41,200 nucleotides of DNA from a virus (Duplodnaviria; Caudoviricetes), in IMG/VR virus record IMGVR_UViG_3300036773_000196, positions 1-41,200 of that record; one strand, 5' to 3'. The position numbers and the translations under genes are program-made. Below, one piece after another: positions 26,095 to 34,320 of this stretch (its first letter is position 1; each line of letters opens with the position of its first letter). Under the pieces are notes generated by a model. It was not told the DNA's origin. It was given only the letters and a program-made list of their open reading frames with translations, and made no database searches.

Positions 26095-27465
26095 CTAGTC
26101 GCTGAGCAGCGCCGACAGGACGGCGTGGGCGAGCAGCGGCGGGACCGCGTTCCCCACCTGCTCGAATTGCTTCGTCTTCGATCCTTCGAACGGGTAGTCG
26201 GGGTGGAAGCTCTGAAGGACGGCCGCCTCCTCGAGGGAAACCCGGATCGCCCTCGCATCCTGGGCCGTCGGATCATTCAGATCCTTCTCGCCGCGATCCC
26301 ACACCGGCACGCCGAGCGACAAGCCTTTCGCCAGCATCGCCGGCGCGGGCTCATCGATCGGTCGTGATCGCGCCGGCGTCTGGCGCGGGTTGAGGTGCGT
26401 GATCCATCGGAGCCCGGCGGCGTCGTGCCCCACCTTCACGGTCGGTGCCGGCTCATCCTCGGCGCGGCGGGTCGCGTTGGACTCAGACCCCTGCACGATC
26501 TCCCTTTTCCACGCGCGGCCGACTTTGCCATCCAGCGTCGGTGCCGGGTCACTCAGCGGGCGCTCGTATGGGACCATGTCCTCGATCCGGCGGCTGTGCT
26601 TCATGGAGTTGGCGCCGGTGCGGAGCACGAGCCGGTCCCAGCTACGGGCCTTCTCCCCCAGCGTGAAGGACGGCTCGGTGGCGGGTCGACGATCGCGCTC
26701 GCGGTACTCACCCTCGTCGCCGTCGCTCGCCCGCGGGAAGCCGACCTCGTCCTCGGCCGCCCAGCCGAGGGCCTCGGCCATCGATACCCACGGCAGGATC
26801 TCGCCCTCCAAGGTCACCTCGTGCCGGGCCGGCTCGCCCTTGACGTAGCGCTGATGGGTCGGCCGCGGCGGGTGGGCGGGGCGGCCGTCGCGGCGAGCGA
26901 TGAGGATCGCCCGCTCCCGCGTCTGCGGCACGCCGTAGCGCTCGGCCTCGAGCACGCCGGTCCAGACCGACCACCCGTGGGCGCGGAGGATCGTCGCGCA
27001 GTGCTCCCAGAAGCCGAGCACCGGCGGCACCTGCTCCCACGCGATGTAGTCAGGGCGAAGGGCCAGCGCCCACCGGAGCGGCTCGACCACGAGCTCGGAG
27101 CGGATGTCCTGCCACGGCAGCCGCCCCGGCACGTAGGAGCCGTCCGCGACCGCCGCCGCAGCCTCGTACACCAAGGGCATATCCGCGATGCCCGCGCCCT
27201 TCCCCGCATTGGAGAACGTCGGGCAGGGCGGTGAGGCGATTGAAAGGGTGCTGTGCGTCCCCCACAGCCCCAGGAACGCGCTCTCGGCCACCGCCAAGGG
27301 GTCCAGCGCCGCAACGTCGGCCTGAAGGGTCCAGAGGCCCGCAGCCTCGCGGGTCTGACAGGCGGCGCCGTCCCACTCGATCCCGATCGGATGGATGCCG
27401 AGGGCCTCGGCGGCGACGTCCCAGCCGCCGGGACCCCCGAACTGGTCGATCGCGTGGACGATCAC
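26095..27465 (-). CDS. DNA (cytosine-5) methyltransferase
   Basis: DQFGGPGG, SPPCPTFS, WEQVPPV, YGVPQTRER, LQSF..DYPF.G, QVGNAVPP. Confidence 0.92.
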   Translation of the reverse strand: MIVHAIDQFGGPGGWDVAAEALGIHPIGIEWDGAACQTREAAGLWTLQADVAALDPLAVAESAFLGLWGTHSTLSIASPPCPTFSNAGKGAGIADMPLVYEAAAAVADGSYVPGRLPWQDIRSELVVEPLRWALALRPDYIAWEQVPPVLGFWEHCATILRAHGWSVWTGVLEAERYGVPQTRERAILIARRDGRPAHPPRPTHQRYVKGEPARHEVTLEGEILPWVSMAEALGWAAEDEVGFPRASDGDEGEYRERDRRPATEPSFTLGEKARSWDRLVLRTGANSMKHSRRIEDMVPYERPLSDPAPTLDGKVGRAWKREIVQGSESNATRRAEDEPAPTVKVGHDAAGLRWITHLNPRQTPARSRPIDEPAPAMLAKGLSLGVPVWDRGEKDLNDPTAQDARAIRVSLEEAAVLQSFHPDYPFEGSKTKQFEQVGNAVPPLLAHAVLSALLSD

Positions 27466-27698
27466 CGGCGGTCCTTATCTTCGTTGCGCCGCACCTGCCC
27501 GAATCCCTTCCCGAAGTATTCGGCATCCTGCCCGTCGCCCTCAACGGCGGATCGGCGTTTCGCATCCTCGGCGCTGTCGGCATAGACGAGGACCGTCGTC
27601 ACGCACCGGGAGATCCGCTCGACTTCATACGCCTTCTTCGGTTTCGGCTCGGGTGGCACCGTGCCTTGCGCCACCCGCGACCAGCGCTGCACCATCAC
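27462..27698 (-). CDS. hypothetical protein
   Basis: Overlap-coupled between the methylase and LAGLIDADG genes. Confidence 0.55.
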   Translation of the reverse strand: MMVQRWSRVAQGTVPPEPKPKKAYEVERISRCVTTVLVYADSAEDAKRRSAVEGDGQDAEYFGKGFGQVRRNEDKDRR

Positions 27699-28183
27699 GC
27701 GACCCGCTCGAGCGCGAGAAGCTCATCCTCGCGCCGCGCCGCCTCGCGGGCCTTGACCCGGAGGAAGGGCCGAAGGGCCGCGAGGAACTCGAGCACCTCT
27801 AGGCGGGCCAGCAGCCGCCAGCGATAGAGCGTCTGCCGGTTGCCGGGTGGATGCTCGATCCTGACCGTCCCACCGAGGCTGCCGAGATACTCGATCACCT
27901 CCCGATCGGTCATCCCCACCTGAACGATCGTCCTGCCGTTGGCGCGAGTGATGCAGCCCTCACCATCGAAAAGGCCGGCGATGTAGGCGAGATCCACGGG
28001 GTCGCGGGGCAGCGCCAACCGCGACTCCCGCACACCTCGCGGAAGCCGCGGAAGCGGCGGGAGTCCGTTCGCGTAGCGCCACTGCTGCTCACGGCGCCGA
28101 CAGACGAGGCATCCGGTCAGATCGCCGCAGTCGCAACTTCGCGGTGGACCCGATCGCCGCGCCGCCGTCGCCGGGCTGCTCAC
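27695..28183 (-). CDS. free-standing LAGLIDADG endonuclease-like protein
   Basis: DLAYIAGLFDGEGCI, V.MTDREVI, YRW, PFLRVK. Confidence 0.85.
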   Translation of the reverse strand: MSSPATAARRSGPPRSCDCGDLTGCLVCRRREQQWRYANGLPPLPRLPRGVRESRLALPRDPVDLAYIAGLFDGEGCITRANGRTIVQVGMTDREVIEYLGSLGGTVRIEHPPGNRQTLYRWRLLARLEVLEFLAALRPFLRVKAREAARREDELLALERVA

Positions 28184-29010
28184 TCGGTGTCCAGCGGCAG
28201 GCGCGACTTGGCGAGATCGGCGGCGATCGTCCGCAGGCCCGCACCGAGGAGGCGGGCGTCTTCCTGCGACACGTTCGCGCCGTCGCCATCGGGGCCGAGC
28301 AGTTTGGTGGCGACGTCCTCGATCGTCGGGGCGTGGTCGGAGATCACCTTGTGCATCCGCTGGCGCTGTTCCTCCATCGCAAACCCTTCTTCCTCGCTCC
28401 GTCCCCGCAGACGTTCCTCTGCGTCGGGGCCGTCATCGTCGGGCTGCGCTTCGCCGTCCTCGTGCTCGCGGGTGGGGAAGGCGGGTTCGGGCTTCTCCAT
28501 CGCGATCACGGCCGGCTCTTCGTAAGGCTCGATCCCCATCGCCCGGGCGAGCTCGGCCGCACCGAACCGGGCAGCGTCCAACACCTCGCCCATCTTCCCG
28601 GGATCCTCAAGGTCGGTCGTCATCGTCACATCCGCCTGATCGCCGCCCTTCGGCAGCAGCATGGTGGGCGCCAGCTTCCGGACCTGAATCGTGATTTTCG
28701 TTTGCATCGTCGTGTACTCCTTCGTGATCGGATTTATGAGCGGATTTGTGATCAGGAAATTGTCTGCATCGTGGTCCCAGAGGCCCCCGACGGCGAGGCC
28801 GGCGTCGTCCACCATGTGCCGGATGAAGCTCCCGGCGCTGATGCCGCCGGTCGGGTCCGGCCAATTCGGGGTGACGCGGCCACCGACCAGGTGGGCGGGC
28901 ACATCGAACGCGCTCGCGATGCGGGCCGTCATCCACTGGCCGCCCGTGATCGGTGGCGCCTCGCCGCCGCTGGCGAACCTGCTCGTGTCGAAGTCGTCGT
29001 AGCTAGCCAA
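28180..29010 (-). CDS. hypothetical protein; likely alternative in-frame start at 28707
   Basis: CACGAAGGAG RBS upstream of internal ATG 28707 (MQTKITIQV...). Confidence 0.55.
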   Translation of the reverse strand: MASYDDFDTSRFASGGEAPPITGGQWMTARIASAFDVPAHLVGGRVTPNWPDPTGGISAGSFIRHMVDDAGLAVGGLWDHDADNFLITNPLINPITKEYTTMQTKITIQVRKLAPTMLLPKGGDQADVTMTTDLEDPGKMGEVLDAARFGAAELARAMGIEPYEEPAVIAMEKPEPAFPTREHEDGEAQPDDDGPDAEERLRGRSEEEGFAMEEQRQRMHKVISDHAPTIEDVATKLLGPDGDGANVSQEDARLLGAGLRTIAADLAKSRLPLDTE

Positions 29011-29260
29011 TCTCCTCGCCTTCCTCTCCGCAGTTGGGGCAGTGAATCGTGTCGTGCCACTCGCCGGCGCGCGTCAGGGTCGAGTTGAACCAAAAGCTGT
29101 CCCATTCCGGCTCCGTCACCTCGCCCGCCTCGCAGTCCACCGAGCCGGGCCCGTCGTCCCGCAGGACGCGCATCGTCCCTTTGCAGGCGCAGTCGGGGCC
29201 GTGGTGTATCTCGCGACCGGGACAATCCTCGTTAGGGCAGGCCACCCTCACCCACGGCAT
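29003..29260 (-). CDS. Cys-rich putative zinc-binding protein
   Basis: CPNEDC, C.C.G, CPNCG. Confidence 0.6.
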   Translation of the reverse strand: MPWVRVACPNEDCPGREIHHGPDCACKGTMRVLRDDGPGSVDCEAGEVTEPEWDSFWFNSTLTRAGEWHDTIHCPNCGEEGEEIG

Positions 29261-29676
29261 CAGCGGATCCTCGCCGCGTTCGATTCACGCTGGCAGGTAC
29301 GGCAGTGACGCGAACCGCGTTTGTCCACACGGAGATTCTCGCCCGCGTACGGATGGCCCTTCGGGCAGTGTGTCTTTCGGGCGTGGGCGCCGCGCCGGTG
29401 ATTCTCGGCGTTGGTCACCGGCTCGAGGTGCCCCCAGTTGCAGCAGAGCGTGGTGGTGCATCCCCGATCGTGAACGTGGTCGATGTCCAGTCCATCGGCG
29501 ATCGGGCCGACGGCGAGTTCATAGGCGAGCCGGTGAGCGAGTACGAGCGTCTCGGGATCCACCCGAAAGATCCCGTAGCCGCGCGACTGGACCGCCCCCG
29601 TCCACGGCCAGCACTCGTCCGGCCCGCGGCGATCGACCTTCGCCCAGAAGCGCTCGGCTACCTCAACCCACGGCAT
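29260..29676 (-). CDS. HNH endonuclease with C-terminal Cys/His zinc-binding motif
   Basis: RFWAKVD...CWPWTG...GYG...AHR.AY...DH...C....CCN..HLEPVTNAEN; KTHCPKGH...CRTC. Confidence 0.9.
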   Translation of the reverse strand: MPWVEVAERFWAKVDRRGPDECWPWTGAVQSRGYGIFRVDPETLVLAHRLAYELAVGPIADGLDIDHVHDRGCTTTLCCNWGHLEPVTNAENHRRGAHARKTHCPKGHPYAGENLRVDKRGSRHCRTCQRESNAARIR

Positions 29677-29961
29677 CGTGGCCGTTCCTCCGGATCGCCG
29701 CCTCGGCGCGCTCGTGGATGTCCCGCAGGCGCTCGGCCAACTGCGCCACCGCGAGGTGGTCGGGGATCTCGGCGAACTGGCCTCGGCGCAGCAGCAGCGC
29801 CGCTTGGAACGTGGCCACCTGCTGAAGCGGATCACCGGCATCCTGGGCGAGCCTCCAAGCCCACGCGCGGAGATCGGGTCGGTGTGGAGACAGACGTCGG
29901 TGGCGGCGTCTATGAGGTGCTGATCCTCCTCGGAGAGGACACGCAGTCGTGGTGGGTGCAT
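29663..29961 (-). pseudogene. apparently frameshifted hypothetical gene
   Basis: ATG 29961 with RBS gives MHPPRLRVLSEEDQHLIDAATDVCLHTDP; protein-like sequence resumes in the -1 frame (DLRAWAWRLAQDAG...NGHDAVG*, stop at 29663). Confidence 0.5.
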
Positions 29962-30023
29962 CGGCTTCCTTCGTGGTCGTGGTGTGAGAGGCGGCGCCGC
30001 ATCACGCGGCGCCGCCGTGCTGC

Positions 30024-30398
30024 TCAGCCCTCGGCGCCGGCGACCTCGATCGTCGGCTCGCCGTCGGGTGCCTCGTCGCCCTCCACGAGGACCTTCTTCG
30101 AGAGAAGCTCCGAGAGGTGGCGCTTCACCTGCTCGACCGGCAGCGCCGGCCAGAGGTTGGCTTCGTGCAGGCCCTCGTACTGGGCCGCCAGTTCGTCGGC
30201 CGTCCGCGGGGCCGGGGAGATCGTCACGAGTTGCAGCACGGCCGTCTGCCCCTCGGTCAGGTTGTCGGCCTTCGCAGTCGATTTGCGGCTCGCGGATTTG
30301 CGCCGTTTGCGAGTGGTGGTTTTCGCTTTCGGGGCCGGCGTGACCTCGCGCGCCGTGGGCTCTTTGCCTTCCTCGGTGGGGGTGGTGCTCTCTGCCAT
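30024..30398 (-). CDS. putative winged-HTH DNA-binding protein with basic N-terminus
   Basis: LTEGQTAVL...RTADEL...VKRHLSELLSKK; AAGGAGG RBS. Confidence 0.6.
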   Translation of the reverse strand: MAESTTPTEEGKEPTAREVTPAPKAKTTTRKRRKSASRKSTAKADNLTEGQTAVLQLVTISPAPRTADELAAQYEGLHEANLWPALPVEQVKRHLSELLSKKVLVEGDEAPDGEPTIEVAGAEG

Positions 30399-30425
30399 CG
30401 GTTCCTCCTTCAGGATGTTGTCGGG

Positions 30426-30449
30426 ATGCTGTGGGCATCCTCACAGCAT
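30426..30449. promoter_or_regulatory. 8-bp inverted repeat upstream of the wHTH gene (candidate operator)
   Basis: ATGCTGTG-N8-CACAGCAT, intergenic. Confidence 0.4.
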
Positions 30450-30462
30450 GATCGGCGGGCGT

Positions 30463-30681
30463 TCAGGTAACGAGATTCACCCGAGCTTCCGCGGCCTCGC
30501 CGCGGCCGTCGACGATCCAGTTCGGGGGCGTGACGTGGAACGTCTTCCCCCTGATCTCCTCCGGCCAGACGTTCCCCTTCTCGTGCGGGCTGAAGGTGAC
30601 CCGCTCGTTCGCCACCGGCACCCGGTCGAGTGCCGCCTGACCCACGAGGATGCCGTCCACGAGCAGCGACACGCGCGGCAT
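30463..30681 (-). CDS. hypothetical protein
   Basis: TGATG-coupled to the upstream gene. Confidence 0.55.
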   Translation of the reverse strand: MPRVSLLVDGILVGQAALDRVPVANERVTFSPHEKGNVWPEEIRGKTFHVTPPNWIVDGRGEAAEARVNLVT

Positions 30682-31763
30682 CAGTCGGTCCCCGGCAGCG
30701 TGTCAGGCGCTTCCGGCGAAGGATCCTCGCCGGCGGGCGGGTCATCGTCGGGCGCCGGCGGGTCGCCCTCTTCGGCGGCGGCCTGCGCTGCCTCGGCAGC
30801 CTTCTTCGCGTCGGCCTTCTCTTTCCGCTCGCGCCGCCGTTTCTGCTCGGCCGTCTCCTTTTTCGCGGCCTCCTCGGCACCCTCCACCTTCCGTTTGCGG
30901 GCACCGAGCACGACGGTGATCCCGTCCGCGACGACCCCGGCGAGGGTCCCGGCGGTGACCTTCGAGGCGGCGTTGTAGGCGGCCTCGGCCGCTTTGTGAT
31001 CCTCCTCGAAGAGCCACGACAGAGCGCGGCTCAGAAGATCGGCCTGCTCTTTGGTCGCCGCGGCCACGGCCTGCGCCGGTGCTCCTTCCTCTTGGCCGCC
31101 GTTGGCCTTCACCTCCTCGGCGCCGGTCGTCTCATAGCCGGCCATGCCGACGATGAAGCCGAGGGCCTGCCGCAGGGCGCGGCTCTGGGCGCGCGTCTGG
31201 GCCATGCCCTTGACCGCCGATTCGCTCGAGTCGAACCAGTTCTCCTCCTCCCTCGAGCAGATCGCCTCGCCGCGACCGACGAGGCGGCCGTCCATCGTGC
31301 GGACCTCTGCGACCGCCTCCCACGACCAACCTTCGACCGCGTACTCGAACTCGGTTTCCTCGGTGACTTCGCGCTTGCCGTTGACCCACCCGTACTTCTT
31401 CCGCTTGGCTTTCGCGACGTAGGACGTCATCGGGTGGACGCGGGCGGTCGAGACGGTCATCGCCTGCAACCCGAGCAGCGTCCCGGCGGTCTGCCAGCCC
31501 TCGATTTCGACGTGCTTTTTCTTCCCGCCGAGGGCGACCGACAACTCCTGTTTGTCGATCACGTCTTTCAGCGCGGTGGCGACACTGCCCACCTGCTTGA
31601 TGATCTCGCCGGGGTCGCGGGTGTTCCAGAGCGTGGCGAGCTCGCCACCCTGGGCGGGGGGCGGCGCCGGCGCCAGGCCCGGCGCGCTCGGCACCACATC
31701 GCTACCGGGGGTGACCTCCTCGACCAATTCAGTCTCCGCGACCTCGTCGTGCTGATCGGACAT
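30681..31763 (-). CDS. putative single-strand annealing / recombination protein
   Basis: KKHVEIEGW, GRGEA.CS..E, GMAQTRAQSRALR......GY..T.AEE; charged tail. Confidence 0.55.
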   Translation of the reverse strand: MSDQHDEVAETELVEEVTPGSDVVPSAPGLAPAPPPAQGGELATLWNTRDPGEIIKQVGSVATALKDVIDKQELSVALGGKKKHVEIEGWQTAGTLLGLQAMTVSTARVHPMTSYVAKAKRKKYGWVNGKREVTEETEFEYAVEGWSWEAVAEVRTMDGRLVGRGEAICSREEENWFDSSESAVKGMAQTRAQSRALRQALGFIVGMAGYETTGAEEVKANGGQEEGAPAQAVAAATKEQADLLSRALSWLFEEDHKAAEAAYNAASKVTAGTLAGVVADGITVVLGARKRKVEGAEEAAKKETAEQKRRRERKEKADAKKAAEAAQAAAEEGDPPAPDDDPPAGEDPSPEAPDTLPGTD

Positions 31764-31787
31764 TCGTGCTCCTTCGTCGTGGTGTGG

Positions 31788-31813
31788 ACTTCCTACTTCG
31801 TGAAGTAGGAAGT
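31788..31813. promoter_or_regulatory. perfect 12-bp inverted repeat (candidate operator)
   Basis: ACTTCCTACTTC-gt-GAAGTAGGAAGT, next to minus-strand -10-like TAGTTT (31821-31816). Confidence 0.65.
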
Positions 31814-31901
31814 AGAAACTAGATTCCGTAGACCGCCCAATCGTAGGGGCGGCGTGGCCGCCACAGCGTGCGCCGTGGCGGCCAGTTCCATGCCGAGTGC
31901 A

Positions 31902-32282
31902 TCAGCCGTCCTCGTCGGGCGCCCCTTCCGCCGCACGCTGCACGAGGCAGAAGAAGCAGTTGCAGGGAGGCTCGTCCTCCGAGCGGGTGGACTCCACCGG
32001 GGGAAGCCGCATCGCGCCGAGTTGCAGGCCGAGGATCATCCCGGCCATCGCCGCGTCCATCCTCCCCTCTCCGCTCGGCACCATCGCGGCGAGCGCCCGC
32101 GTCACGCGGGCGACGTTCAGGCCGTGGCCGGCGAAAAATTCGTCGCGCCTGACGGTGCCGTCCGAAATGTGATCGTAGGTGTCCAGCATCATGTCGGTGC
32201 TGGGCGCCTTGGAGCGATCTAGCTTCTCGCCCCCCCCCTCAGGGGTCACCGGATCATTCATGCTCGCGTTCCTTTCTGACAT
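31902..32282 (-). CDS. hypothetical protein (C-terminal CxCxxC)
   Basis: TGATG-coupled ORF. Confidence 0.55.
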   Translation of the reverse strand: MSERNASMNDPVTPEGGGEKLDRSKAPSTDMMLDTYDHISDGTVRRDEFFAGHGLNVARVTRALAAMVPSGEGRMDAAMAGMILGLQLGAMRLPPVESTRSEDEPPCNCFFCLVQRAAEGAPDEDG

Positions 32283-32572
32283 CAGGTTCCCAATCCCTCG
32301 GGCGGGTCGTACTGCTCCCGGTGATCTCGCATCCCCGTGATCAGGATGCCGATCGCGTGGTCGTCCAGTTTGCCGTCGGACTTCAGGAAGCGGATCAGCC
32401 CCGCATCGCGCTCGGCCTCGATCGCCGCCGAGATCGCACGGATGCCGAGGGCCACGGCCTCCTTCGGGCTGAGTTGCCCGAACGGCCGATCATCGACGTA
32501 GGTCGCGACGAAGGGTTTCCCCTCCTTCGTCACCTGCCCGTGGGTCGAGAAGACGCCGCCGATGCCGGTCAT
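32282..32572 (-). CDS. hypothetical protein
   Basis: ATGA-coupled ATG at 32572. Confidence 0.6.
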   Translation of the reverse strand: MTGIGGVFSTHGQVTKEGKPFVATYVDDRPFGQLSPKEAVALGIRAISAAIEAERDAGLIRFLKSDGKLDDHAIGILITGMRDHREQYDPPEGLGT

Positions 32573-32775
32573 CGTCCCCACCCGAGATTCTTACTCGCGG
32601 CGACATAGGCGCCATTGTCGCGCCCCCGCAGCACCGACAGGCGGGCGATGACCGCATCGATCACAGCGACCTGATCATCGTTGGCCGGACCCGGCAGAAA
32701 GCGGTTCCACCGGAGACACGTTTCGACGTTTTCGCAGGCTTCCACCTCGGCGATCGTCGGCCATGCCGGACTCAT
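32569..32775 (-). CDS. hypothetical protein (MSPAWPTIAEVE...)
   Basis: ATGA-coupled; C-terminal part of ORF 32569..33411. Confidence 0.6.
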   Translation of the reverse strand: MSPAWPTIAEVEACENVETCLRWNRFLPGPANDDQVAVIDAVIARLSVLRGRDNGAYVAASKNLGWGR

Positions 32776-33446
32776 CGGGTCGCCACCTGCGGCTCTTTCC
32801 AGATCCGGACGCCGGGGATGACGAGGCCCGCCTTGGCCGACGCCGCCACTTTGCCTTTGTTCAGTACCCGGTCGAAATACTCGTCGGGGATGCGGCTCTC
32901 GTCCTGCACTTCGTACTTCGTCACTTCCTTGACGACGGTCTGGGCGAAGCCGCCGCTGGCCTTTTTCGGCGGCGGCGCCGGCCGGGTGGACGGTTTGACC
33001 GCCCTCGAGCGCCGCTGCTCTTCTTCGGCTTTTTTGTCCTCGCGGGCCTGCCGCTCGCGTTCGGAGCGCTCGGCTTTCTTGCGCTCTTCGTCGGCCTTCT
33101 TTTTCTGGGCGGCCGTGTATTTGGTGACCCGATCTTTGATCGAGTCCTCGGCCGCATCGTTGGTCGAGCCAAGCTCGCGGAAGCTGGCGAGCACTTCGCG
33201 GCCGTACTGGTCGTAGGGACCTTTCACCGCTTTGCTCAGCGCCGTGACGTCCTCGCGGGCGTGCCGCAATTCTTTGAGGGCGTCGGCGGCTTCGCCGAAC
33301 GTCTCCTGATCGGCGATCTCGGCCGGGAGCGTGTCGGCCAGTTCGCGGGCCTTGCGAAGCTTCTCCTGGGCCTCGGTGAACTCGGGCAGATCGCGGGGCG
33401 GAACGCCCCATTTCACGTCCGGCGTGGTCGTGGTGTCATCGCTCAT
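32772..33446 (-). CDS. coiled-coil protein with siphovirus Gp157-like C-terminus
   Basis: YEVQDESRIPDEY...NKGKV....KAG..IPGVRI. Confidence 0.65.
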   Translation of the reverse strand: MSDDTTTTPDVKWGVPPRDLPEFTEAQEKLRKARELADTLPAEIADQETFGEAADALKELRHAREDVTALSKAVKGPYDQYGREVLASFRELGSTNDAAEDSIKDRVTKYTAAQKKKADEERKKAERSERERQAREDKKAEEEQRRSRAVKPSTRPAPPPKKASGGFAQTVVKEVTKYEVQDESRIPDEYFDRVLNKGKVAASAKAGLVIPGVRIWKEPQVATR

Positions 33447-33636
33447 TCGTGGTGTCTCCTTCTTCCTTTTCCTTCGCCTGCTGGATCTCGATCTTCAGAC
33501 CGGCCCGCACCAACTCGTGCGCGCGTTTGGGCGATACGCCCAACTCTTCAGCCGTGCGCCGATACGTTTTCTTCCGCCTGTAGACGCTGAGCGCGTGCAG
33601 GCGGCGTTGCTCCGGCGTGGCCTCGTACTTCGGCAT
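33436..33636 (-). CDS. small HTH DNA-binding protein
   Basis: TYRRTAEELGVSPKRAHELVRAG; GAGGAGG RBS. Confidence 0.7.
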   Translation of the reverse strand: MPKYEATPEQRRLHALSVYRRKKTYRRTAEELGVSPKRAHELVRAGLKIEIQQAKEKEEGDTTNER

Positions 33637-33681
33637 CGAACCTCCTCGTCGTGGTGTGTCACCTAAACAGGTTGCGGCAGC

Positions 33682-34098
33682 CTACACCTCGTAGCCGGCC
33701 TCGCTGAGTTCGTGACCGATCGTCTGCAAGGTGGCGATGGCGATCCTTCCTCGCTGCGTCGGCTTCTCCTTCGCCTTGTCCTCGGCCGTGCGCATCCGGT
33801 CGATCACCTTCCGGAGCAGGCCGTCGACGTCGTCCGGCAGCAGCACCTTCCCGGTCGCCTTGTAGAAGTGCTCGACCGCGCCGCGGACCGGCCTCTCGTC
33901 CACGAGCACCACCGCGCCGAGTTTGAGCAGCGTCCGCATGTGGTAGCCGACGTGCCCGATCTCGAGCGTGTGCGCGGTGGCGATCTCCACCGGCGACCGC
34001 ACGGCGCCGCCCTTCAGTTCGGTGAGGATGATCCGCCGGGTCGGATGGTTCAGGGCTTGCAGGATCTCGGACTCTTCGCGGGTCGTCCTCGTGCTCAT
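33682..34098 (-). CDS. ArsR-like winged-HTH regulator
   Basis: ALNHPTRRIIL...SPVEIA...VGYHMRTL...RPVRGAVEHFY. Confidence 0.85.
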   Translation of the reverse strand: MSTRTTREESEILQALNHPTRRIILTELKGGAVRSPVEIATAHTLEIGHVGYHMRTLLKLGAVVLVDERPVRGAVEHFYKATGKVLLPDDVDGLLRKVIDRMRTAEDKAKEKPTQRGRIAIATLQTIGHELSEAGYEV

Positions 34099-34265
34099 CG
34101 TTCCTCCTTCGTCGGGGCCGTGGTCGGCCGCGTCTGCGATTCCTTGTCAAAGCCCCCGGCCACCGCCGCCGCCAGCAGCAGCGCGATGATCAGCGCGACC
34201 GTGACGATCGTCTCCACCCGTCGGATAGGCTGTGGCTTGGGCCTGTTGCTCTGTCGTGGTGTCAA
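34095..34265 (-). CDS. small single-TM protein
   Basis: GAGGAG RBS with TTG start; IVTVALIIALLLAAAVAGG; ATGA-coupled to the ArsR-like gene. Confidence 0.5.
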   Translation of the reverse strand: MTPRQSNRPKPQPIRRVETIVTVALIIALLLAAAVAGGFDKESQTRPTTAPTKEER

Positions 34266-34320
34266 TGGGTCTTCTCCTCGTGTGACGTAGGTGTCTGGGG
34301 CCGGGGCGCGCCGTAGGGCG

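Noticed and set aside
27695-28183. LAGLIDADG as part of an intein or group I intron
   Set aside because: Has its own start and stop coupled to neighbours, no intein C...HN ends and no interrupted host gene
29305-31808. Long plus-strand ORFs 29305-30978 and 30630-31808
   Set aside because: Shadows of the minus-strand genes, which carry recognisable motifs and RBSs
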